NCBI GenBank assembly: GCA_041560255.1
Contig: JBFFBT010000003.1
Location: forward strand, 1 to 52,916
Length of the DNA stretch: 52,916 nucleotides
Direction: 5' to 3'
Origin: Myxococcota bacterium
Lineage (GTDB): Bacteria; Myxococcota; B64-G9
The notes under the pieces were generated by a model that saw only the letters and a program-made list of their open reading frames with translations, ran no database searches and was not told the DNA's origin. Below are positions 38,967-48,107 of the stretch, in pieces (position 1 is the first letter of the stretch; each line of letters starts with the position of its first letter). The position numbers and the translations under genes are program-made.

Positions 38967-39439
38967 GCTTGTTCTCCCACTCTTTGCTCCGGATCGATCC
39001 GATCGATTTTTTCTTCCCAACCCTGCCGTACCTGATTGATGGGACTTGGTCCCATCTTCTCGATGTGCTCGACCATCTGGGTGGCATGAACGACAAACTT
39101 GGCTCCCTCACCCGCGCTGAGATTGACCATCCGCACCCTTCCGATCCCGATCCCGGCCGCACCCAGCAGCTTGTCGACCCGTTCGACCCGTTTGCGGGCT
39201 CTTAGATTTCCTACCTGAAAATGACAATCTCCCTCCAAACATCCCACCACCATCACTCCGTCCGCTCCGTTCTCGAACGCCCGCAGCACCATGATTTCTT
39301 CTACCCGGCCGGTGCAAGGCACCAGCACGATGCTGACACAATCGGGATACGAACGTCTTTCCGAACCTGCCAGGTCCGCGGCCGTATACGCTCAGTAACG
39401 ACAGCAAAACAAGACCACATTTGGTTGCCATCCGCCCAT
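38963..39439 (-). CDS. mvhD: MvhD/FlpD [2Fe-2S] subunit, selenoprotein (Sec at codon 16)
   Basis: AGGAGG RBS, ATG 39439, MGGWQPNVVLFCCRY-UGA-AYTAADLAG...VPCTGRV...GADGVMVVGCLEGDCH. The UGA (39392-39394) sits at the second Cys of the C-x-x-C-x-Y motif. Confidence 0.92.
39362..39391 (-). promoter_or_regulatory. Bacterial SECIS-like hairpin in mvhD
   Basis: CGGACCT-GGC-AGGTTCG stem-loop; its G-initiated loop begins 21 nt 3' of the UGA. Confidence 0.7.
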
Positions 39440-39451
39440 GTTTCCTCCTGA

Positions 39452-42400
39452 TTAACCACTACGGCAGCCAGGTTGCTCACCCAAAGCATCCACTTTGGCC
39501 AACAACTGCCTATCATTGTAATTGCCCAGGCTGATGGCCTTGCCGGGGCATTCCGCGGCGCAAATCCCACAACCCTGGCACATAGCGGGATTGATCTCGG
39601 CGATATGATCCGGGTTGACAACCGGAACATGAAAGGGACACGCCCGCACACAAGTCAAGCATACCGCGCAGCGTTCCGGATGGGACACGACCGATACAAC
39701 CCCAGACATCTTGAGCTTCTGCTTGGATAAAACCACACTCGCACGCGCAACCGCGGCCGAGGCTTGCGAGATGGTCTCCGATAGATTCTTGGGTCCATGC
39801 GCCAAACCCGCCACAAACACTCCTTCGGACGCAAAATCAACCGGCCGGAGCTTGGCATGCGCCTCGATGAAAAAACCACTTTCTGCCCGCGGCACCCGAA
39901 ACATCGCGCCGAGCTCTGCGTTATCCGTAGCCGTAATGCCCACCGACAACACCAGCAAGTCCGGTTCCATCACGACCCGCCTGCCGATGGACGGATCGGC
40001 CAGCGCGATCCGGGGGCGGGCACCCTGGGTGTCGACCTCGATGGGATTGTTTTCGGGATCATAGCGGATAAAATTGATCCCCAAACGCCTGGCTTGGAGA
40101 TATTCGAGCTCGCTCAAACCATACGATCTGACGTCCCGATAGACGACATCCACCCGGGTATCCGGATAACGAAGCTTGAATGCCAGCGCGTTTTTGATCG
40201 CCTGGTTGCAACATACCCGGGAACAATACGGCCTTTCCGGGTTACGCGATCCCACACACTGAATCATGACCACATGGGAATGCATAAATCCCAATCCGGT
40301 TTGATCATACAACATACGCTCGAACTCGGTCTGGGTACAGACCTTTTCATGCACACCAAGTCCATACAGGTCGGGTCGGTTTTCCAGTCCGCCGGTGGCA
40401 AGCAAGGTAGCGCCGTGCCGAATTTTCCGAGTAGCACCGGTCGGGGTGACGATTTCGGACTCGAAGTTACCTACAAAACCGGAGTGGGAGACAACCTCCG
40501 AGCCTAAAAACATCCTTACCGAGGATTGGGCTCGAAGCTCGGCCTCGAGTTTGTTGAGATGATCGACCACCGACAATCCGTCGATGGTCCTGCGCAGCAG
40601 CCGCGCCCGGCCACCCAATGTATTTTCACGTTCTACCAGATAGACCCGGAAACCTTGCTCGGCCGCCAGACGCGCCGCGCTCATACCCGCCAGACCTCCT
40701 CCAATAATGAGCAAGCTGCTATCGACCTCGAACTCACGTTCTTCCAGCGGTTCGGCCGAGCTCACATTGGCCACCGCCATACGCAACAAGCGTTTGGCTT
40801 TATCGGTAGCCCGCCGGTTGTCCGACCTGTGCACCCATGAGCATTGATCGCGTATATTGGCCATATCGAACAAATATTTATTCAACCCGGCCTGTGCCAA
40901 GGTTTGTTGAAACAAGGGTTCATGGGTTCTCGGAGAGCAAGAAGCCACTACGATACGATTGAGCTTGTGCTCCTCGATAATCCCCCGCATACTCTCCTGA
41001 GTGTCCTGGGAACAGGTGTAGAGCAAATGGTTTGCATAGACCACCCCGGGTAAAGACCGGGCGTATTCGGCCACTTCGGCCACATCCACGATGGCCGAAA
41101 TATTGATGCCGCAATGGCATACAAACACCCCGACCCGCAACTCCTCGTCCTGCAAACCGGCCCGCACGGGTGGATAGGATTCTTCGGTCACCAGACTGTG
41201 GCGGGAGGCCGACAATACACCGGCGGCCGCGCCCGCAGCCCCGCTGGCTTCGGACACCGTCTCCGGAATGTCTTTGGGAGCGTTGAACACACCGCAGACA
41301 AAAACTCCCGGCCGATTCGTGGCCAGCGGGGAAAACGACCGGGTCCGGGCAAAGCCGAATCGATCCAACTCAATCCCTAATTTTTCTGCGGTATCCCGGG
41401 TCGTCGGACTGCACTGCAGTCCCACCGACAAAACCACCATCTCAAACTCTTCCTCTCTCCTTTGACCGGATTCATCCACGTAACGCAGCAACAGGTTGTC
41501 GGTGACCGGATCCTCCATGATGCGGCTCACCATGGCGCGCAAGTAGCGCACCTTATGAACCGTCTTGGCTCGTTCGACGTAATCATCAAACCCCTTTCCA
41601 AACGCCCGAATATCGATATAGAAGATGGTGGGCTCGATCCGGCCGTCATGTTCTTTTGCAATGACGGCCTCCTTGGTGGCGTACATGCAACACACCGAAG
41701 AGCAATACTCGCGCCCCAAGGACGCATCTCTCGAACCAACGCACTGTATGAACGCAACTTTCCGCGGCGCCCGTTTATCGCTGGGACGCACCACATGTCC
41801 GTCGGTCGGACCCGAGGCAGAAAGCAATCGCTCGAACTCCAGACTGGACAGCACATTTTTATGCTGCCCGTAGCCCAATTCGGGCCTTTTTTCTGCTGGA
41901 AACACTTCGAATCCAGGCGCCAAGATCACCGATCCAACCTCCACCTCCAAAACCTGTTCAGTCTGAAGATGATCGATGGCATCGGCCTTACAAGCGGGCA
42001 CACACCGGTAACATTCGCTACATACTCCGCAGGCTAGACATCTGGCGGCCTCCTCCATCGCTTGATCCCGGGTAAAAACCGCTTCGACCTCCTCGAAGTT
42101 GGTTGTGCGGGTCATCGGATCCAACATGGCGGCCCGTTGCCTTGGCTTGGGCTCGGGGTGGTCGATTTTTACATCAGCCTGCTTGGGTTGCTGCGATCTT
42201 TCGCTGTGTAAATCCCGCCCATGCAAATAACGCTCGATGGAGATCGCCGCTTCTTTTCCGGCCGCGATGGCTTCGATGGCGGTGGCCGGCCCGCTGGCCA
42301 CATCTCCGCCCGCAAACACGCCGGGCAACAAGGTTGCAAAGGTGACAGGATCCGATACCCGACCCGAGTCTGCGTTCGGGAGCCAATCCAAATCGGCCCA

Positions 42401-43891
42401 TTGGCCCACGGCGGCTATCAGGGTATCCACTTCGATAACCTCTTCCAAACCCTCGACCGGCACCGGTCTTCGGCGGCCGGACTCGTCCGGCTCCCCGAGC
42501 TGCATCGTCATGATCTCCAATTTGCGGATTTTTCCATTTTCGCCGATACACCGAAGCGGCGCCCGCAGCAAGCTTAACTGTACGCCTTCTTCTTCGGCGG
42601 CTTCGATCTCGTGTCGGTCTGCGGGCATTTCCTCCCGCGAGCGCCGGTATAGAAGCATAACCCGGCTTGCTCCCAAGCGAAGCGCTGTGCGGGCCGCATC
42701 AATCGCAGTGTTGCCTCCGCCTACCACGACGACTTTGTCACCCACCTCCACGTTTTCGCCCCGAGCGACTGCCGAGAGAAAATCGATCCCCTGGACAACC
42801 CCGTCACTGTCCTCGCCATCGATACGCATACGAGAAGCCCGCCAGGCCCCGCTGGCCATATAGATGGCCGAAAAACCCTCTTTTTTCAGCGAATCAATCG
42901 TAAAATCAACCCCCAACCTCTTGCCCATCTCGACCCTGACCCCGAGATCCAAAATCGCTTTGACTTCGATATCCAATATATTTTTTGGCAGCCGGTAAGC
43001 GGGTATCCCATAGCGCAACATACCCCCAAGCTCGGGAAGAGCTTCGAACACGGTAACCCCGAAACCCTTTCGGCGAAGATAATAGGCCGCCGTCAAGCCA
43101 CTCGGACCCGCGCCCACTACGGCCACCTGCTCGGATCGATCGACCGGCGGTCCGGGCAGATGGGGCAATCCATGTTGCAGCTCGTAATCAGTCACATATC
43201 GTTTGAGCTGGCGTATGGCTAAGGGCTCGTCGACTTGAGATCGCGAGCAGGCTGTCTCGCAAGGAGCCGGACAGACCCGTCCGCAAACCGACGGGAACGG
43301 ATTCTCCTCCCGGATGAGGGCCAAGGCTTCTTCAAAACGACCCTCGGCAATGAGAGCCACGTAGCCCTGCACACTGATATGACTCGGGCAAGCCTGCTTG
43401 CAAGGAGCGCGCCCGGATTTATCGATGGCGAATCCACCCGGAATGGCTTGGGGATAGCGGCGATAAATCGCTTTCCGCATCCCCATACCCAGGTTGTGCT
43501 CCGACGGCACCTCGATGGGACAAGCATTCACGCATTCACCGCATCCGGTGCAACGATCCAATCTGATATAACGCGGGCTTTGGATCAAACGGGCCCTGAA
43601 GCTTCCCAGAGTACCTCCGAGATCTTCCAAGCGGGTATCGGTCAAAATCTGGATGTTTTTGTGCCGGCCCACTTCCACCAGCTTCGGCGATACGATACAC
43701 ATGGAGCAATCGTTGGTGGGAAAAGTTTTATCCAACTGAGCCATTTTTCCACCGATGGCGGACAAGGTTTCGACCAAGTAAACTTTGAAACCTGAATTGG
43801 CCAGATCCAGAGCCGCCTGCATTCCGGCGATCCCGCCGCCTGCCACCAATACAGCTCCGGTGGGAGCTTTTGCGCATTCAGCGTTTTCCAT
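39452..43891 (-). CDS. hdrA: Large HdrA (HdrL-type): two HdrA modules plus an inserted GltD-like NAD(P)H/FAD module and ferredoxin domains
   Basis: GGKMAQLDKTFPTNDCSMC; APCKQACP...CGRVCPAPCE, GAGPSGL, GGGNTA, YRRS; FIQCVGSR...YCSSVCC; VFVCHCG, SCSPRTHE; second IQCVGSR...YCSRVCC; EAHAKLRPV; C-terminal 2x[4Fe-4S]. Confidence 0.93.
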   Translation of the reverse strand: MENAECAKAPTGAVLVAGGGIAGMQAALDLANSGFKVYLVETLSAIGGKMAQLDKTFPTNDCSMCIVSPKLVEVGRHKNIQILTDTRLEDLGGTLGSFRARLIQSPRYIRLDRCTGCGECVNACPIEVPSEHNLGMGMRKAIYRRYPQAIPGGFAIDKSGRAPCKQACPSHISVQGYVALIAEGRFEEALALIREENPFPSVCGRVCPAPCETACSRSQVDEPLAIRQLKRYVTDYELQHGLPHLPGPPVDRSEQVAVVGAGPSGLTAAYYLRRKGFGVTVFEALPELGGMLRYGIPAYRLPKNILDIEVKAILDLGVRVEMGKRLGVDFTIDSLKKEGFSAIYMASGAWRASRMRIDGEDSDGVVQGIDFLSAVARGENVEVGDKVVVVGGGNTAIDAARTALRLGASRVMLLYRRSREEMPADRHEIEAAEEEGVQLSLLRAPLRCIGENGKIRKLEIMTMQLGEPDESGRRRPVPVEGLEEVIEVDTLIAAVGQWADLDWLPNADSGRVSDPVTFATLLPGVFAGGDVASGPATAIEAIAAGKEAAISIERYLHGRDLHSERSQQPKQADVKIDHPEPKPRQRAAMLDPMTRTTNFEEVEAVFTRDQAMEEAARCLACGVCSECYRCVPACKADAIDHLQTEQVLEVEVGSVILAPGFEVFPAEKRPELGYGQHKNVLSSLEFERLLSASGPTDGHVVRPSDKRAPRKVAFIQCVGSRDASLGREYCSSVCCMYATKEAVIAKEHDGRIEPTIFYIDIRAFGKGFDDYVERAKTVHKVRYLRAMVSRIMEDPVTDNLLLRYVDESGQRREEEFEMVVLSVGLQCSPTTRDTAEKLGIELDRFGFARTRSFSPLATNRPGVFVCGVFNAPKDIPETVSEASGAAGAAAGVLSASRHSLVTEESYPPVRAGLQDEELRVGVFVCHCGINISAIVDVAEVAEYARSLPGVVYANHLLYTCSQDTQESMRGIIEEHKLNRIVVASCSPRTHEPLFQQTLAQAGLNKYLFDMANIRDQCSWVHRSDNRRATDKAKRLLRMAVANVSSAEPLEEREFEVDSSLLIIGGGLAGMSAARLAAEQGFRVYLVERENTLGGRARLLRRTIDGLSVVDHLNKLEAELRAQSSVRMFLGSEVVSHSGFVGNFESEIVTPTGATRKIRHGATLLATGGLENRPDLYGLGVHEKVCTQTEFERMLYDQTGLGFMHSHVVMIQCVGSRNPERPYCSRVCCNQAIKNALAFKLRYPDTRVDVVYRDVRSYGLSELEYLQARRLGINFIRYDPENNPIEVDTQGARPRIALADPSIGRRVVMEPDLLVLSVGITATDNAELGAMFRVPRAESGFFIEAHAKLRPVDFASEGVFVAGLAHGPKNLSETISQASAAVARASVVLSKQKLKMSGVVSVVSHPERCAVCLTCVRACPFHVPVVNPDHIAEINPAMCQGCGICAAECPGKAISLGNYNDRQLLAKVDALGEQPGCRSG

Positions 43892-43897
43892 GCTCTT

Positions 43898-44743
43898 TTA
43901 TCCTTCAGGGCGGGATTGTATCCCGCCAAGCAACGGTTTTGGGTCAATGAGGTGTTGCCGCCAGCGGCCCGGCTCGTGATCCTCGCTCATCGCATACGCC
44001 ACAAGCTCGGTGATGAAAAACACCGGCAGCCCGTCTGATCGATCGGACTGGCGCGCCTCCAGGTTGGCTTGACACATGGGACAATCCGTCACCAACGCCC
44101 GAGCGCCCGCCCTGCGGGCCGCCCCGACAATGTCTCCAACCAGCCTTGCGGCGATATCCGGGCGTGACATGCTCAGGCTGGACGAGCAACACTCGGTTTT
44201 ATGGCTCCAGCGAACCGCTCGAGCACCCAAAGCCGTCACAATCCTATCCAGACCATCTGGATTTTCACAATCCGGCGCACCGGTCACCGCCGGGGGCCTG
44301 AGGGAAAGACATCCGTAATAACAAGCCAGATCGAGTGCATGGAGAGGTCTTCGCACCAAGGCCTTCACCCGGGCCAACATATCCGGGCGAGCCACAAATC
44401 GCGTCAGATGAATGATGGCGAAATCACCTGCTTCAGCCTCTTCTGCTCGTATGTCGCTCGTATCCTTAGATTGCAGCTTGTCAGCAACCCGCAATCTTTG
44501 AAAACACGCCGAGCAGGGCACCAACAAATCCAACCCCAATTTCACGGCTTTGGAAAGATTTCTCGAAGACAATGCAATCGAAAGTCGGTGATCGGTCATA
44601 TGGCCCGAGGAAGCGCCGCAACAGTTCCAATCCGTAAGCTCCACCAGCTCAAAACCCAACAAGCCGGCGACTTCCCGTATGGATCGATCATATTCGGCCG
44701 ATGTACCGGCAAGCGAGCATCCGGGATAATATGACATTTTCAT
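43898..44743 (-). CDS. hdrB: Heterodisulfide reductase subunit B (CCG domains)
   Basis: YYPGC, DWNCCGA, PCSAC, YYGC, TECCS, DCPMCQANL. Confidence 0.93.
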   Translation of the reverse strand: MKMSYYPGCSLAGTSAEYDRSIREVAGLLGFELVELTDWNCCGASSGHMTDHRLSIALSSRNLSKAVKLGLDLLVPCSACFQRLRVADKLQSKDTSDIRAEEAEAGDFAIIHLTRFVARPDMLARVKALVRRPLHALDLACYYGCLSLRPPAVTGAPDCENPDGLDRIVTALGARAVRWSHKTECCSSSLSMSRPDIAARLVGDIVGAARRAGARALVTDCPMCQANLEARQSDRSDGLPVFFITELVAYAMSEDHEPGRWRQHLIDPKPLLGGIQSRPEG

Positions 44744-45303
44744 GTCGAAGGTCCTTTTTCGTTTTGATCGAAGATGCGCCGAAAGCGTCTCAGGCCTTTC
44801 ATCCGGCGGGGCAACAAGTGCAGTTTACCTCGCTTGAACATCCGCCAACCCAAACGCAAATCAGAGAAAAAATCCCGGGTTCGGGCTTTGTAGGCCGCCA
44901 ACATGCCGACCTCGTACGTCCGACCCCATCGGCGAACCGAACGCAAAAAAGAACGATGAAAAGCAACCACGCGTTTTTCGGCCGGTTGGACGCCGCCCTC
45001 CAAAGCCATCTGCCGCAACACGTCCATCAAGCCGGCAATGTCGATTCCGTTTGGGCAACGGGTCGTACAAGTCTCACAGGACGCGCACAACCATATGGTG
45101 CGGCAGGCCAACAAATCCTTTTCGACTCCGTACGCGCTCAGGCGCACCACCTGCATCGGCAGAAGATCGAAAAAATCCCCTACCGGACAACCGGCCGAGC
45201 AACGCCCACACTGGTAACAGGCCGTCGGCTCGATGTGCATCTCTTTCAGCCGGTGCTGCAAGAAAGTCTCGCCCGATCGGGCCTGCAGACTGATCGAATT
45301 CAT
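44740..45303 (-). CDS. hdrC: Heterodisulfide reductase subunit C
   Basis: CYQCGRCSAGCP and WLCASCETCTTRCP; ATGA overlaps on both sides. Confidence 0.93.
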   Translation of the reverse strand: MNSISLQARSGETFLQHRLKEMHIEPTACYQCGRCSAGCPVGDFFDLLPMQVVRLSAYGVEKDLLACRTIWLCASCETCTTRCPNGIDIAGLMDVLRQMALEGGVQPAEKRVVAFHRSFLRSVRRWGRTYEVGMLAAYKARTRDFFSDLRLGWRMFKRGKLHLLPRRMKGLRRFRRIFDQNEKGPST

Positions 45304-46907
45304 GTCTCAGACTCCGGCATTTCCCGGCTTAGCACCGGAAAGCGCAAGGTAAAAGTCGTACCCTGACCCGGCTCGGATTTGACCCTGACCGAGCCTCGGT
45401 GCTCGCGAACAATTGCGTAGGATACCGACAAGCCCAGTCCGGTTCCGCCCTGGTCGGTTTTGGTGGTAAAAAAAGGATCGAATATCTGTCCTTGGATCTC
45501 TTTGGGTATACCCGGTCCTGTATCTTCAAAAGAGATTTCGACAATCCCTCCGCTGGAACGATGCCGGGCCCGAATGGTCAAACCGCCTCGACCTTCCATG
45601 GCCTGGGCGGCATTGACGATGAGGTTCATGAAAACCTGGTTCAACCGGATGGGGTTGCCTCGGATTCTCGAGAGGTGTTTGTCGATCTCGAGATCGAATT
45701 GAATGTTTTGAAACGAAGGTTGTTTTTCCAACAAGCTCAACGTTTTTCGAATTTGATCCCCCACATCCACACCGGTTTGTTCGTAACTGGTCTGATGGGA
45801 AAACTCGAGCAAATCGGTAACAATCTGCTTGCAACGCTCGGCCTCCTGCACGATGACGTTGAGATCCCCCGCCACGGGATGTTCGGAGTCCAATTGCTCC
45901 AGGGCAAGATTGGCATACAACATGATCCCCGACATGGGGTTGTTGATTTCATGGGCCACGCCCGCGGCCAATCTACCCAAACCGGCCATTTTTTCGGATT
46001 GCAACAACATCTGGTGTATCTGCTGCAGGTCTTCTTCGGCTTTACGGATGGCCCTAAGATCGGTAAAAATACCGTAAGATGCGATCTCTTTTTGACCATC
46101 GTATATGATTCCGCCCGAAAGGCTCATGGGAATTTGCTTACCGTCTTTGGTAATGGCGATGAGCTCGTGACGCAGCAGCTTTCCCTGGCCTCCGTAGTTT
46201 TTGCTTCGCATCCGCTTGATGATCTTGAAGGCCTCGCCCTCCGGATACAATTTGGTCACATGCAAGGATCGAAACGCCTCTTCACGCGTATATCCTAAAA
46301 TGTTTTGGGCGCCGGTGTTGAACAAAATGATGTTGCCCTTCATATCGGAAGCGATGATGCCGTCGACCGAAGAATCGATGAGATTGTGAAAAAAAGTATC
46401 CCGGTATTTGAGCTCGATCTCGAGTTGGCGCCGGGCGGTGATATCCCGCATGAACCACACGGAGTAACCACCCACCTCCCCGCCGCTGGTCATTTCCAAT
46501 ATCCGTGCCATGCCGGTAATCGACTTCACCTCGAGCTCGTGGGCAGTGGGCTGAAACAAATCGGCGATCCGATCCAACACCCGGTGTCCGTACAGCTGCT
46601 CGCCGGCGTCTTTTCTTTCGGCCGGCATGGTGATACAACGATGCAATTGGGTACAATCACCGGCCGGAGACAGAGTTTCGCCAAACAACCCGACCAGGGT
46701 TTTGCCCAAAAGTCCCGGGGACTCGGTTTCCAAAATCTTGCACGCGCAAAGGTTGGCATATTCGATGACCTGATCGGAGTTGACCAACAACACCCCGAGT
46801 GGAGATTGCTCCATGATGCGAAGCACCAACTCGGCATTGCCGCAATCTATCCCGGGGGATCCCCCGGCATCCGGCGGAAAGCTCATGTCAGACATCGCTT
46901 TGACCAC
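45300..46907 (-). CDS. Soluble PAS-PAS histidine kinase
   Basis: Two PAS domains, EKMAGLGRLAAGVAHEINNP, QVFMNLIVNA, FDPFFTTK, GTGLGL; no TM; stop overlaps the hdrC start. Confidence 0.93.
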   Translation of the reverse strand: MVKAMSDMSFPPDAGGSPGIDCGNAELVLRIMEQSPLGVLLVNSDQVIEYANLCACKILETESPGLLGKTLVGLFGETLSPAGDCTQLHRCITMPAERKDAGEQLYGHRVLDRIADLFQPTAHELEVKSITGMARILEMTSGGEVGGYSVWFMRDITARRQLEIELKYRDTFFHNLIDSSVDGIIASDMKGNIILFNTGAQNILGYTREEAFRSLHVTKLYPEGEAFKIIKRMRSKNYGGQGKLLRHELIAITKDGKQIPMSLSGGIIYDGQKEIASYGIFTDLRAIRKAEEDLQQIHQMLLQSEKMAGLGRLAAGVAHEINNPMSGIMLYANLALEQLDSEHPVAGDLNVIVQEAERCKQIVTDLLEFSHQTSYEQTGVDVGDQIRKTLSLLEKQPSFQNIQFDLEIDKHLSRIRGNPIRLNQVFMNLIVNAAQAMEGRGGLTIRARHRSSGGIVEISFEDTGPGIPKEIQGQIFDPFFTTKTDQGGTGLGLSVSYAIVREHRGSVRVKSEPGQGTTFTLRFPVLSREMPESET

Positions 46908-46980
46908 CTCGTATCACCTCAATCCTACAACCACGGCAGTGTGCGCCGGCCCATCCTAGACCAACGACCCAAACCGGCGA

Positions 46981-47853
46981 CTAACGTCCCAACTTGGACA
47001 AAAACGCCGTCAGGTTGTCGCCCCAACCCAGGGCAACCAAACTGGCTCCTTTGCATCGATCCTCGAGATCGCGGACGAACTCGGCGGCTATCTCCAAGCC
47101 GGCCTGTTTTTTTAAAGGTGACTGCACCATTTTTTTTAAAAACTCGTTCGGGATGCTGGGTAGACCGGGTAGATCATTGAAATATCGAATCATAGCCACC
47201 GATTTAAGCAAGATGACCGAGGCAAACAGATGGATGCCGGCATCCAAGGCCTGTTTGGCGAACAAATCCACAATGTTGACATCATAGGTTGGGCCAAGGA
47301 CCAGAAAATGCACCAGATCCCGAGGATATCTTTTGATTTCCTCGGCGATTCGGCGATTTTTGTTCACGTCGTCCGATACTCCCAAGCTGACACCCACCGT
47401 ATACGCGGTCTTTCCCGCCAGTGCCTCCCCAGCCAAATCACGACCATCGTTGAGAGCCTGGACACACTGGAGCATGATATCCATGCTCAAATCCCTGCCG
47501 CTTTGTGCCATGGGTTGATCGCCCGAGGCAGCGTCCTCGCCCATCTCAAAAAGCACAGTTTTCACCCCAAGTTGCCATCCGGCCAGCAAATCGCCCTGAA
47601 AAGATATGCGGTTGCGATCGCGCCCGTTGAGAACCATGATGGGCTCGATGTTGCGCTCGACCAAGGCCCGGCAGGGAGCAAGCGGGGTCATTCGCATGAT
47701 CGCGCTACTGGAGTCGGTGACTGCGACCGCTTCCACCCTGCCCCGCACCCGATCGGCCGTATCGAAAAAATCATTCAAGTCAACCCCCTTGGGGGGATCA
47801 ATCTCGGCGATTAGGGTAAACTCGTCCTTCTGCAAAAAAGAAGACACGCCCAT
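46981..47853 (-). CDS. Divergent MetF (MTHFR-fold) paralog with degenerate active-site motifs
   Basis: AEIDPPKG, AVTD, RDRNRISFQGD and GRDLAG are retained. LSGDH becomes EMGED and KVQAGADFVQTQ becomes RYPRDLVHFLVLG. Confidence 0.85.
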   Translation of the reverse strand: MGVSSFLQKDEFTLIAEIDPPKGVDLNDFFDTADRVRGRVEAVAVTDSSSAIMRMTPLAPCRALVERNIEPIMVLNGRDRNRISFQGDLLAGWQLGVKTVLFEMGEDAASGDQPMAQSGRDLSMDIMLQCVQALNDGRDLAGEALAGKTAYTVGVSLGVSDDVNKNRRIAEEIKRYPRDLVHFLVLGPTYDVNIVDLFAKQALDAGIHLFASVILLKSVAMIRYFNDLPGLPSIPNEFLKKMVQSPLKKQAGLEIAAEFVRDLEDRCKGASLVALGWGDNLTAFLSKLGR

Positions 47854-47979
47854 GGTCTAACCCACCTTCCTGGCTTAGAGAATCCCCTCTGGTGTCGGGG
47901 AAACCGGAGACGGTTTTCTTGAGACTTCCTCGCTCCATGAACACGCTGACATTTGAAGTATATACAGTGCCGTAGTGGC

Positions 47980-48008
47980 ATCATAGCAACCCGTATAGGG
48001 ATCGTCAA
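47980..48008 (-). promoter_or_regulatory. sigma70 promoter of the metF-like/HK/hdr/met operon
   Basis: TTGACG-N17-TATGAT with extended -10 TG. Confidence 0.7.
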
Positions 48009-48010
48009 GA

Positions 48011-48026
48011 GTTACATAAGGTTACT
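48011..48026. promoter_or_regulatory. 10-bp-period direct repeat abutting the -35 box
   Basis: GTTACA-taag-GTTACT. Confidence 0.4.
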
Positions 48027-48107
48027 GTTGCTCCTCACTAGGTCGGGCTCAACTACCCACCGGATACATAAAGGCTTTGCGACATTTTCGGGTTTGCGGA
48101 TGCAGGG

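Noticed and set aside
39108-39431. 107-aa ORF or frameshift explanation for the mvhD N-terminus
   Set aside because: The MvhD N-terminus is in frame with the rest across a single UGA; no frameshift is needed.
47854-47975. Riboswitch (SAM, THF or ZTP) in the 5' leader of the metF-like gene
   Set aside because: Only small hairpins; none of the conserved cores of those riboswitches is recognisable.
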